A DNA stretch of 64,000 nucleotides from Laetmonice hystrix (GCA_965235115.1 OZ249440.1:35962001-36026000); one strand, 5' to 3'. Shown: positions 25,615-37,222, counted from the first letter of the stretch. The notes: generated from the sequence alone by a model not told the origin. Translations and numbers: made by a program.

Positions 25615-26523
25615 TTTCGTACGGGTACTTTAAGTTTTTCCACCACTTTCGTATTGTAGAGATTCTACCTCGTGATCTCCAATGGCTTGCGTGGGGAGTA
25701 ATTAATTGTGGGAAGTACGAAATAAATACCGGGGAGAGAGCTAGCTAAAATAATTGATGAAGATAAAAAGAAATATTGATTATAAGTGGAACATCCGTGG
25801 TTTATTAATTAAGTTACATTAAAAATAGTATATCTCACCAGCCGCACTGGAGGAAGCAAGATGGCGGCCACATAAAACGCACGTGCGACTGGCGCCACGT
25901 GGACAGTAGAAAAGTAAAGGAAAGCATTGAAAAATGGTCCTACTCAACCTTTCCTGGCGTTTCCGTTGTTGTTAATAACTGTAGATTAGGCTACATGCCC
26001 TCCAGTAAATATCCAGAATGTTCACACATAATATATTGGCCTCCTGGCATGTCAGAGTAAAATCCGTGGGTGAGTCAACTGCATGGCGTGAAGTAAGCGG
26101 GTAGGAGTGAGGAGTAAGAGCGGGAGCAAGAGAGAGCGAGTGTGCCGGCGGGAAGCAGTATATATACCCCCTCGGGCTGACCACAGGAGGAAGTGAGATT
26201 TGGATTAAGTGTCAGTTAAAACCTTCCTCAGTAAAACTAATTATTGGTGTAACATTCCCAGAACTTTACAGGTTTGAATAGAAACCTCACCTCTAACAGT
26301 ACAATACTCAAAAATGGAAAGAAATACAATAAGGGAAGAAACTGTCGTTGAAAACAACTTTGACCACAAAAATGTAGATTATGTTCCTGGGCTCAGACCT
26401 CCATATATGGATGTTGGGGTGACTAGGGTTGGCCCGATGAGGTCATGTAGCCGAGTTAAAAATACGTCCTCCCAAAGCTTAGATGACCATGCTGATGGAG
26501 AAAGTTAAATTCTCCCTACCAAA
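25615..26523 (-). repeat. 3' LTR
   Basis: Apparently identical to 34194-35102 (constant offset 8579). TATA-like box at ~26158 and AATAAA at ~25801 on the minus strand. Confidence 0.95.
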
Positions 26524-28930
26524 GGCGCCCATTGTTTGAAGAAGTCTGCTCCGATCAGACTGTCTTGTGGTCGTTACAAACACTACCAAATATGAAAATG
26601 TTGAGTTCCACCGACTACACACTATCACTAGCATTGTTGATAAACAGTAAGGTTAAACACCAACATACAAAACATAATGTCATAGACTCTGTACCTAAAA
26701 GGGTACACTCGACGCGTTTAAGGTAGTACTAATTAATCATGCATTACAGAGTACTGATACTACATATATATGCTCAAGGATATATAGTATGTAGAAACAA
26801 CGTACTACAGTTTCTGAACCTCACAACTCATAATTATACGAGTAACAAGACCTAGCTGTTATACCAAAGGCAGTAAAGATTTGATCTATATCCTGTGACA
26901 TGAAATGATTTGATCACTGACTAGGTGCTTGATGTACATCAGTAATGTCTCTGATTTGAAAGTCCTTGCACCTGCTGAAATTGTCACCGGTAAACATATG
27001 CAGTTCAACGTCTTCTGGTTGTAATGTGTAGTCCATGGTAATATAGTTCGCACTGGTGATAAACAAGTCTGTAACACACGTGCACATGTTTCAAGAGTCC
27101 ATTAAAAACATTAAAAAGTCTGCACTGATAGATGCACGCTAAAAATAAAATTTCTGGACATAAAAAATAAAACATAGTCCTCGGGAAAATGTTCATAAAA
27201 CACCATGTACAAGGAATTGTACAGAGCATTCATACTGTGACGTCTTGCCGTGTTGAGTGTTGGTTGAGTGTGCCATGTTGGGAGATTGGACCTGCAAGAT
27301 ACCACAAGCATCCCTAGGCGGCACAAGAGTAAAATTACAGTATGTGGTTTTGACCTTCTGTGTGTTTTTTTTTTTTTTTTTATGTGTGCTAAGTGTAAGT
27401 TTGTCGGAAAACATATGATAGATGTCATTCCCTTGTGATAAAATATATATGTGATACACATAACCTACTATCTACACTATCTACCTTACAATGCATTGGT
27501 TGGAACAATCTAAGATAAATACAAAAACTATCATGTAATATATGATGTTAACATAACATGTTTGAAAACACACCTCGAATGAATTCTTGCATAAAGGAAA
27601 ATGCGAACTACATTGTAACCCATTATTCTTAGCAAAATGTTGTAAAATAACCTTTTGATCGATTACGTTTGAGTATAAATTGAAATTGATTGACCTCATC
27701 CTAATTATCTGAGGATTGTTGAAATACGATGTGTGTGACATAGGACTGGACACACGTTGAAATTGACATTGAGCTTTAACACTACATCAGGTAACAAAGT
27801 GATATGGCGGCCATACACAAGTGATGACAAAAAGTTGGCTAATCTTTGCAATCCTTGACTTGGATCTATGACAGTCGTGACTGTGTCATGTCAAACAGTT
27901 CGCGATTACCGGGGTAATGTGGTGATGTGACACGGTGATATAGTATGATGGTGAAGACTTAATTGCAGGTACCTACGATAGACCAGCTACCGAAAACAAT
28001 CTTGTCAATAGTGAACTATATGAGTTGACATCACGCTTCTGTAAACATTAAGCAGCATTCCTGAAGTGTCACCGTCTTGAAAGCTGTCATCACATGGGTT
28101 GACGTTCCTATTTGATGAGTGTTTAAAGGTTTGATTGAAGTTGAAATTGAAATCGGGCATATGATATAGGCCCTACATATTGACTTGATTGTTGATTTGT
28201 TACTCATTGATTCACTGGGTTTTAACAAAGAATGTAGGTTTCCTTCTTTTACGCATTCTTCCCTTTAGAGTTTTAGTTTTCCGGAAGATCTGAAGTATTG
28301 CTGCTGGTATATCTTCCTTTAAAACCCATGGGTGAGTGTCTCCCGGTTTGTGAGTACTCAGGCGTACTTTGTAGTACCACTTTTGGTTTCGTTTAACAGC
28401 TTGTAGTACCTCTACCACTTGTCGGGGTTTGTTTTGGATTGTCGCAGGCAAATCCTGATCATCTTCTCCTGGATCCTGTGCAGTCATAGAGTCATAATTA
28501 GGTGTCAATGAATTTGGATGCTCACTCATAGTATCGTCCTGATCAGGGGTAGCTGAGGTGCTTGGCATGGGCTGAGTCGCTGTTGAAGAAGCCTGGTCTT
28601 GGTCAGTTGGTGGGTCAGCCACTGGTTCAGCATTATCCCCCTGAATCCTTTCATGAAAATGTCTCAGTCTATTAGCATGAATGGGATTTGGCAACACCTT
28701 GCCCTCTGCATCACGTAGGTGGAACGTGTCATGCAGACCTTCCTGAATGACGATATATGGACCTTTGTAAGGTACATGTAGCTTTGGGACAAGGCCCACG
28801 GGAACTGCTGCATCCGACACTAACACCTTATTGCCAACCTCAAAACTGTGGTCCTTAGCACGACGATCATGAGTGGTCTTGTATTGTAGCTGGCTCCTCC
28901 GTACGTTTTCCCTGGCCACTGCATGAAAGG

Positions 28931-29045
28931 AGTGAGTGAGTGAGTAGTGGTGGTTTTGCGCCGTGTCGGCATCTGGGGCCATATTCACGGCGAAAACAGA
29001 GTTATAAGACCATAAAACCAAAGGAACCTATTTTATCCCGGGTCC
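28931..29045 (-). mobile_element. 115-bp 3'-terminal copy of the I-group LINE inserted in the Gypsy integrase
   Basis: (GAGT)n tail; 12-bp TSD CTGCATGAAAGG at 28919-28930 and 29046-29057. Confidence 0.93.
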
Positions 29046-32000
29046 CTGCATGAAAGGCAGCCAAGTTATTAATTGTGTCCGAGAGGTATTGTTGAGCAGT
29101 CCTTGGCAATGTTTTCTTGGGCAATACCTCAACATCAGTTGGTGTGGTCATCATTCGGCCAAACACCATCTGATACGGTGAAAATTCGGTGGAGCGAGTC
29201 GACGGGGTACTCCTGTATGCCATTAGAATAGCAGGAATTCTTTGAGGCCAATCAGTCTGGTCACTATTTCCATACGCCCTCACAGACTGAATAATGAAAC
29301 TATTCAGTCTCTCACATGTCGCATTGGTTTGGGGGTGGTATGGTGATGTGAAATGTTGTTTCACATTAAAAAGTTCACACAGTGCCTTGACAAGCTTGGA
29401 TGTAAATTGCTTGCCCAGGTCTGAAACAATTGTCTTTGGAGCACCATATCGCGTAAATACCTCTGTGTACAACACTTTGGCCACCGTTTCGGCGTCTTGA
29501 CTTTTTGTGGGTATGGCTTCACACCATCTTGTAAAGCTGTCCACAATGAGAAGGAGGTACTTGTAACCATCTGGGGTCAGCCTCATACAAAGAAAGTCTA
29601 TGTGCCACCTCTCAAAGATTGTCGCGACTGGCATGGGCGACAGGGGCACTGGCTTCGACACTTGGCGCTTCACTTTCTGACACACAGCACATGTTTTGAC
29701 AAAATTGGCCACAGATTTGTACATTCCTGGCCAATAGTACCGTAACAGGATAGATGCATAAGTCCTGTCTATACCTTGATGTCCCCCACTGACTGCATCA
29801 TCATGGTAACGAGACACTACAGTACGGCGTTGGCTTGTAGGCACAACTAGTTGCTTAGTCATGAGCTCTGCTTTGCGACGATTTCCTGGGAAGTAGATGT
29901 GGTAGAGGATGTTTTCGTCTACCACATAGCTGTCTTCTGTCCGTGCCAGTGTAGCCGCCAACTTCTTGTCTTTGGGTATGATATCATCATTGTGATATCT
30001 GAAGATGGGTCCTATGTCAGGACATTGTTGTTGGAGAGTTGAGATGTCTATTGGTTCCAGGTCACACACTCCTGCAACCAATATCTTGCTTATATCTGGT
30101 ACTGTAACTTCGCAGCTTTCATATGGAATCCGCGACAGTGTGTCTGCATTAAGGTTCGTTTTGCCGGACTTGTAAACGGTAGTGTAATTAAAATCCTGTA
30201 GGTAGAGAGCCCATCTGCCCAGTCTGCCGGAGTGAAACTTGTCAGAATATGTCAGTGGTTTGTGGTCTGTAATAACAGTGAAGGGTTTGTCAATGAGGTA
30301 GGGACGATAGGCCTTCACACCTTCCACTATTGCTAGATATTCTTGCTGTGTTGTCGGGTATCGTGTTTCTGAATCGCGGAGAGCACGTCCCCCGTATGCG
30401 ATGACAACTTCCCTATCATCGCCATCGCGTTGTGCTAATATGAAACCTATGCCCGTTTTGGACGCATCAGTTGTCAAGTAAAACATCTTGGACATATCCG
30501 GATATGCCAAAATGGGTGGGTGAACAAGTCTTGATTTAAGTTCATCAAATGCTGATTGGCAAGCTTCATTCCACACGAACGACTGATCTTTATGAAGCAG
30601 TTTGAAGAGTGGGGCTGCAAGTACACTGTAACCTTCAATAAATCGTTTGTAATAATTGGTCAATCCGAGAAATGACCTCACATGCTTGGCATCTTTCGGA
30701 ACAGGAAAATTTTGCACAATTTCAGTCTTGTCAGGGTTGGGCCTGACTCCATTTGCAGATAAGATGTGTCCGAGGTATTTGACCTCCGTTGCAGCAAAGG
30801 TACATTTTGCTGGGTTCAACTTGAGACCTGCCTGACGGAGCCGATCGAAGACTTGTTCGAGATGCTTAAGATGTTCGTCCATATTCGCTGAGAATATGAT
30901 TACGTCATCGACGTAAGCCACACAACATTTAAAAAGTAGGCCATGAAGTGTTTTGTGCATAGCACGCATGAAAGTGACTGGACTGTTTGTCAGGCCATAT
31001 GGCATGACCTTCCACTGCCACTGGCCATTCGTTGTGACGAACGATGTCTTCTCTGTGGCTTCAGCGGCCATTTTAAGCTGCCAGAAGCCATTCCGACAAT
31101 CCAGAACGCTGAAGACTTTGGCCTTCTTCTCACCGATAGCATCCCAGACGTCCTCAAGTAAGGGAAGAGGAAATGACTGGGGGCGTGTCACTGCATTCAG
31201 CTTGCGGTAATCACAACACAGTCGCCATCCTCCGTCAGCCTTCCGAACTAGAACAACCGGGGCGCGCCATTCTGACGTCGAGGGTTCAATCTGTCCAAGT
31301 TCGAGCAATTCCATAATCTGTCTGTCTATTTCAGCACGTTTATCTGGCGAAGTTCTGTAGAAGCGCTGGGAGACTGGTTTCGCATTTCCTGTGTCAATAT
31401 CATGTTCCAAGATGTCACTCCTGCCAAGATCCTTCGCTTCCTTGGCAAAACTTTTGCGGTTTTTGTCTAGGAAAGCTAGTAGGTTTTGTTTGTCGTGTTC
31501 ACCTAAGTTCTCATTGATCTTGTACACAATGTCACTGTTGTCTGCCCTTAGCACTGGCACATCATCGTGGAGCATAGCAATGTCACTTGTCAAAATTGTG
31601 GTGGCCAATGCAAGGACAAAATTACTAGGTAATTCAACTTCACAGTGGGTTTTGTTGAGGACTCTGCACATAGTATCCCTGGAGTTTACATAAACGATTG
31701 CTGGGCTGACAGAAACATCACGGTTTTGAGCCTGTGCTGATGGTTGAATGAGTAGGGACGCATTGCAATAATCTTTTGAACACCTGACTGGTATTAACAC
31801 CTCAGATTTTGCCTTGACAATGGTTGGCTTTACCGTTCTAAGTAGACATGTGCGACCACCAGGTTTTCCTAACTGCACCTTACAGTCATGTATAAGAAGA
31901 GAATTTGTTGCAAAGTCAAGAACTACCGACTGGTCCCTTAGAAAATCTACCCCTAGGATTGCTGGGTGCTGGATACCTTCAACCACATGAAACCATTGTT

Positions 32001-32292
32001 TAACCTGAACATTTTGAATGAACACCTTGAATAGGGATTTCTCTTTCACCCTGTGTAGCTCACCTCCAACACCTTTAACAGTCATGTAATCAGGAACATC
32101 TGTCTGGAGACAGTGGTTTTTCACTCTTGATGCTAGTTCACTTGACATGACACTTATACTTGCACCTGAGTCAATCAAAGCCCAGGTATTCTGAGTACCT
32201 ATAGCAACTTTGACCTGGTTTTCGTGAACATTGGCATTAGTTACCATTATATGTGTTGAGTGATTTACTGTATTACCATCGTATACACCATT

Positions 32293-32767
32293 ACAAAATT
32301 AAAGGCCGGACTATAGTAAAATAGTTTATTGTGGAGGTAAAATGACACATTGCGCGCGGAACCGCGCTAGGCGTATGTACACTTAAAATGGAACATGTAA
32401 AAAACTTGTTAAGAGCCTACGTAAAAGGTAGGAGGCCATAAAACTTGTTAAGATCTAAGTAAAAGGTAGGAGTCCATAATATTCAGATAAATAGATTAAG
32501 GGTTGTGGTGGGTGGGTAAAAAAGAGACCCGTGTGGGCTGTCCGATGCCTTCGGTGGAAGTGTTGAAACAGTGGCCGGTGTCCGTATGCTGCCGCTCCGG
32601 CGACACGTGACCTTGTCACGTGATAGTGTCTGGTTTGGGCCGTTTGTAATGTCCCGCGATTACATAATATCATGCAATTGCAGGCCCCATTACAAAATTA
32701 AAGGCCGGACTATAGTAAAATAGTTTATTGTGGAGGTAAAATGACACATTGCGCGCGGAACCGCGCT
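32293..32767. other. 475-bp foreign insert with internal 82-bp direct repeats, flanked by an 80-bp target duplication
   Basis: Segment A at 32213-32292 and 32768-32847; segment B at 32288-32369 and 32687-32768. Confidence 0.85.
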
Positions 32768-32949
32768 ACCTGGTTTTCGTGAACATTGGCATTAGTTACC
32801 ATTATATGTGTTGAGTGATTTACTGTATTACCATCGTATACACCATTTACCAATACAGGGGATGTTGTTTTGTTGTGGGTGTGGTGCAAGTGTCTGTCAG
32901 CACGTGTTGGTGTGTGCCTGACCAGATCCCTCCGGGCAGGCATTGGTCC

Positions 32950-33969
32950 CTAATGTCGTGAGTTGCGGTTTTGATTGTACCTCACACCCCTCTGCATGGA
33001 CTGCTGATTTAACCGTTTAAAACATACCACATACAGATGATTAATACCGCCGCAAAAGGAGCAAGTGGCACCCCTAGCAGGACATTCCGATCTCTGGCGA
33101 CACTCACCTCCGCAGGCGTAACAGGATCCGGCACTGGGTTGAGAACCACGTGGTTGCTGCGGTTGTTGCTGGTGGTATCTCTGGGTGGGTGGGCGGGAGA
33201 TGGAGCCCTGACTCGGTGCCCCCCTGAACGGCTGCTTGACCGGTGCAGTGGTAACCTGACCCTGCTGGAGTGCAGCGATTTGCACCGTCTGCTTGTCCAG
33301 GATGTCCAGCAGGCGGGCAAACTGGTCGGCGTCCACTGTATGAGGGGCTGACGTCAGCTGTACTTCCCCCCGTCCCACCGGCGTGTCCAGGATCTGCTGC
33401 ATGTTCACAGGCACGCCGGTGATCATAGCGCGCGCAGCAGGCAGCAAATTGTTGAGAACAATATCGACCATTTTGTTCTCACCCAGACCAATCCTGAGTC
33501 CTTCTCTCCGAATTTCTTTTACATATGTCCTTACTTCCTCTCCCGGACGTTGCTTCCTCGCACGGAGGGCACTTTCAGCGTCCCATTTGCGGGCTGCCTT
33601 AGGTTTATACTCCTCTGTGAGCGCAGCTTTCAGCAGCTCATAACTGTCTTTGGTTGCTTGTGGTAAATGATGATACCACTCAGAGACTATTGTTCCATCC
33701 AGATACATTGGCAGCATGGAGGCTAGTTTGGCGGGTTCTACCCAGCCTCGGCCACGTGCGTGTATATCAAACTGACATAACCACGACACCACGTCTAAAT
33801 TGTCCTTGAAGGCTGGCAGGCGGTCCGGTGACTCTAGAGATTTTAATCGGTCGCCTAGCGCGTTAATTGTAGCTTCCATTGTCGTAGAACGTACTGTTAC
33901 TTGCCGTGATCGGAGATTATAAGCAGGACCGAGTGATGAGGGTGGTAAGTCAGAGTCAGAACAAAGCAT
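32950..33969 (-). CDS. gag: Gypsy Gag
   Basis: Retrotrans_gag-like WYHHLP..SYELLKAALTEEY..RKQRPGEEVRTY; C-terminal Zn knuckles (CYACGGEC..C, CSFCGGINH....C). Start codon uncertain (33969 or 33879). Confidence 0.88.
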   Translation of the reverse strand: MLCSDSDLPPSSLGPAYNLRSRQVTVRSTTMEATINALGDRLKSLESPDRLPAFKDNLDVVSWLCQFDIHARGRGWVEPAKLASMLPMYLDGTIVSEWYHHLPQATKDSYELLKAALTEEYKPKAARKWDAESALRARKQRPGEEVRTYVKEIRREGLRIGLGENKMVDIVLNNLLPAARAMITGVPVNMQQILDTPVGRGEVQLTSAPHTVDADQFARLLDILDKQTVQIAALQQGQVTTAPVKQPFRGAPSQGSISRPPTQRYHQQQPQQPRGSQPSAGSCYACGGECRQRSECPARGATCSFCGGINHLYVVCFKRLNQQSMQRGVRYNQNRNSRH

Positions 33970-34174
33970 AAGAGGGAAAATGTATTGTCTGAGTGGAGAG
34001 AGCAAGTAGAGTTGTGAAACCTAACAGATATTCGGAGGCGGGGAGTAATTGGAATAGAATTTGACAGAAAATTCAGCTGGGAGTTCAAGATAAGTTAGTA
34101 AGTAAAAAATTTAGAAAAATGAATAAATTTAGAAACGGATGTTCCAACCGAAAATTGTAAAGAGCAAAAAAAAA

Positions 34175-34192
34175 CCTCGGGTTCTACCACCA
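34175..34192 (-). promoter_or_regulatory. Putative primer-binding site (TGGTGGTAGAACCCGAGG)
   Basis: Starts with TGG 1 nt inside the 5' LTR boundary. Cognate tRNA not identified. Confidence 0.5.
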
Positions 34193-34193
34193 C

Positions 34194-35102
34194 TTTCGTA
34201 CGGGTACTTTAAGTTTTTCCACCACTTTCGTATTGTAGAGATTCTACCTCGTGATCTCCAATGGCTTGCGTGGGGAGTAATTAATTGTGGGAAGTACGAA
34301 ATAAATACCGGGGAGAGAGCTAGCTAAAATAATTGATGAAGATAAAAAGAAATATTGATTATAAGTGGAACATCCGTGGTTTATTAATTAAGTTACATTA
34401 AAAATAGTATATCTCACCAGCCGCACTGGAGGAAGCAAGATGGCGGCCACATAAAACGCACGTGCGACTGGCGCCACGTGGACAGTAGAAAAGTAAAGGA
34501 AAGCATTGAAAAATGGTCCTACTCAACCTTTCCTGGCGTTTCCGTTGTTGTTAATAACTGTAGATTAGGCTACATGCCCTCCAGTAAATATCCAGAATGT
34601 TCACACATAATATATTGGCCTCCTGGCATGTCAGAGTAAAATCCGTGGGTGAGTCAACTGCATGGCGTGAAGTAAGCGGGTAGGAGTGAGGAGTAAGAGC
34701 GGGAGCAAGAGAGAGCGAGTGTGCCGGCGGGAAGCAGTATATATACCCCCTCGGGCTGACCACAGGAGGAAGTGAGATTTGGATTAAGTGTCAGTTAAAA
34801 CCTTCCTCAGTAAAACTAATTATTGGTGTAACATTCCCAGAACTTTACAGGTTTGAATAGAAACCTCACCTCTAACAGTACAATACTCAAAAATGGAAAG
34901 AAATACAATAAGGGAAGAAACTGTCGTTGAAAACAACTTTGACCACAAAAATGTAGATTATGTTCCTGGGCTCAGACCTCCATATATGGATGTTGGGGTG
35001 ACTAGGGTTGGCCCGATGAGGTCATGTAGCCGAGTTAAAAATACGTCCTCCCAAAGCTTAGATGACCATGCTGATGGAGAAAGTTAAATTCTCCCTACCA
35101 AA
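34194..35102 (-). repeat. 5' LTR
   Basis: 909-bp direct repeat of 25615-26523. Confidence 0.95.
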
Positions 35103-35323
35103 CTTGTAATGGTGTGTCTATTGTAACTGGGCTATGGATGAGGTCTTGTCGGACCAGAATGGCAGTGCCGCCAGCAGCACGGTCACCATCTGGTGCAAAA
35201 CCAAGGAAAGTCTGATAGCCCTTAAATGAGACTTTGTCTCGGGCAGTAAGAAATGTTTCTTGTAGACAAAGGGCAAGAGGATCAAGGTTTTCTGCTAAAA
35301 GTCTGAGCTTATTAAAATTGGCT

Positions 35324-36661
35324 CTAAAACCTCGACAATTCCATTGAAGGAAGCATTTGCCTGCCATCAAGGTGGTTTAACAGGCAAACGCCCCTAGACT
35401 TTATTTTGGGGGAAAGGCTGCGACTACGACAAGGCGTAGCATCAGCCATTTCAACATCTTGAAGATGTTGAAATTTGTTTGTAAGTGCTATTGCACTATT
35501 GTTGGAGGCTGCCTTGGGCAGCCGATCTGTTATTATTTTCTTTTTTTGTTGATGTTTTTTGGTAGATGGCTCTTTTGTACTCGGTTGATCAGTTTTTGGA
35601 GTTGGTTCTTTATTACTCGGCCCGGCCTGTGGAGGAGGAACCGAGGTTGTCTGGCTCTGTGTTGAGGTGGCTTTTTTAGGTGGCTGACTCGAGACTGCTT
35701 TCTTAGGTGGTTCATTTGTGCTGTCAGCGGGATCAGGGTAGGTCACAGGTTTATCCCCCTTGACCCACACCATCTCCGTTTGACAAGCGAAAGTCCGTGT
35801 GGTAGGCTTAACAGCGGCAGCATAGGTTTTAACTGTTGGTGGAAGCATATATTGCTCCACCAACTTTCGTGCCTCAGGGAAACTAAGTTTTCTTTCTGTC
35901 TTAACCTTTAGGATTTCCTTCTCCTTCTTCCACACGGAACATTCGCGTGAAACAGTGGAATGACCCTGACCACAGTTGGCGCATTTGGCAGGTTTTTCAC
36001 AGCCAGTATGGTCATGGCCTGTTTCAGCGCACTGCGAACATTTTTGTTCATTTCTACATGAGTCGGTCCCATGCCCAAACCTCTGGCACTTAAAGCAACG
36101 CAGAGGATTCGGGATGTAGGGATCAACTTTTACCTTTAGAAAGCCAACCTCGAGTTCATCTGGTAGAGTGGGCCTGTCGAATGTCAGAAAATATGTGTGT
36201 GTCTTGATGGTGTTACCATCTCGTTTCACTATCAATCTTCTGACTTCCGACACACCTTGCCAGCTCAACCCAGCAAGGATCTCCTGTTCAGTTGTAGTGT
36301 CAAGAGAGTTTGTTCTTATAACACCCTTGCTGGAGTTGAGCGTCCGGTGACGAGAGGCCTTAATACTGTAACCTGCGAGTACTGTGGCACTCAGCAGGTT
36401 TGCAGATTGGGCCTTCGTGGCACACTCCACCAACAGTTGGCCAGACCTCAAACGTTTACAATCTTTGACTGTTCCAGCTATCCCCAATATACCTTTATGT
36501 ATGGCAAAAGGGGATAGCTTAGATATTGGTCGTTCAGCTTCTGCCGATTCAACAATGATGAAACGAGGCCATTCCGTCAAGTGTTCATTCTCCATAGACC
36601 GGTCCGAGTCAGAGTCCGTTAGTTTCAGTAGTTTTCTTTTTGGGGGATTGTTTGATGCCAT
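35324..36661 (-). CDS. LINE ORF1 (gag-like nucleic-acid-binding protein)
   Basis: IPNPLRCFKCQRFGH..C, CSQCAETGH..C and CANCGQGH..C knuckles. Overlaps the ORF2 start (ATG 35367, LQWNCRG). Confidence 0.92.
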   Translation of the reverse strand: MASNNPPKRKLLKLTDSDSDRSMENEHLTEWPRFIIVESAEAERPISKLSPFAIHKGILGIAGTVKDCKRLRSGQLLVECATKAQSANLLSATVLAGYSIKASRHRTLNSSKGVIRTNSLDTTTEQEILAGLSWQGVSEVRRLIVKRDGNTIKTHTYFLTFDRPTLPDELEVGFLKVKVDPYIPNPLRCFKCQRFGHGTDSCRNEQKCSQCAETGHDHTGCEKPAKCANCGQGHSTVSRECSVWKKEKEILKVKTERKLSFPEARKLVEQYMLPPTVKTYAAAVKPTTRTFACQTEMVWVKGDKPVTYPDPADSTNEPPKKAVSSQPPKKATSTQSQTTSVPPPQAGPSNKEPTPKTDQPSTKEPSTKKHQQKKKIITDRLPKAASNNSAIALTNKFQHLQDVEMADATPCRSRSLSPKIKSRGVCLLNHLDGRQMLPSMELSRF

Positions 36662-37222
36662 GTTTGTGTTAGAGTGTTTCACCAACCCTATTCCCCACCC
36701 TCCACGGAGCCCAACAAGGGGAAGTGCAGAGCTGCGGTAACCAGCAGTTGCAAACCAAGGATATAGGGTTGGTATACTCAAGCAATGGAACGAAAGAGGG
36801 TGTCGCCATTACTTGATTGACCCTAAGCCACCGCCTTCTAGGAATAAAGAAGAAATAGTTACGATAGATGTTGCCTATTGTATAAGAGAATTAAATCCAC
36901 TATAAAGGGTACTCAATACAAAAAATCCTAGGGCAAGGCGTGACCAGCCGATTGATTGGATCGGGCCTCTCCATGTTACTATATGATTATGTTATGGTTT
37001 TGAGTAAAGGTGGCACTAATATTGCTTGCTTACAACATGTAATTGTAATGGACTCTTTTCATGTGTATGCAAGTACACCCAGTAAGGAAATGAAGGTAGT
37101 ATTTTTAGGTTGTTTTGATTATATTATAAAATACAATCATATTATAAGTAGAGATTATAATTATTGTTATTGTGTTTTAATCTTACTAAGTAATGGCATG
37201 GTTGGGTTATTTTATTATATAG

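Larger units (their letters stand above)
28212..32949 (-). pseudogene. pol: Gypsy pol (protease, RT, RNase H, integrase with GPY and chromodomain-like tail), disrupted by two insertions
   Basis: ALIDSGA; CCDYRKLN, YVDD; TDAS..TDHKPL; H..GGHQG..CAVC, WHIDF, SDLG, CERLN; YKGPY. Frame is continuous after removing 28931-29057 and 32293-32847. Confidence 0.93.
25615..35102 (-). mobile_element. Ty3/Gypsy LTR retrotransposon, young but secondarily disrupted
   Basis: Two 909-bp LTRs, 4-bp TSD CTTG (25611-25614 and 35103-35106), gag plus PR-RT-RH-IN domain order. Confidence 0.95.
22077..36971 (-). mobile_element. Near-full-length I-group (Nimb-like) LINE, type-B 3' UTR, interrupted by a Gypsy element
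   Basis: ORF1, ORF2 (APE-RT-RNase H), (ACTC)n tail, TSD CATGTTACTATA at 22065-22076 and 36972-36983. Lacks ~190 nt of 5' end relative to 52927-53123. Confidence 0.95.

Noticed and set aside
26524..26535. tRNA-Lys-like primer-binding site (GGCGCCCA) next to the left LTR
   Set aside because: Wrong strand and end relative to gag-pol, and it lacks the initial T.
28212..29021. Separate third (env-like) ORF in the Gypsy element
   Set aside because: It is the integrase C-terminus cut off by the 115-bp LINE insertion; the frame rejoins pol.
32370..32686. Retrozyme or hammerhead ribozyme in the 399-bp insert
   Set aside because: No CTGAnGA...GAAA core seen on either strand.
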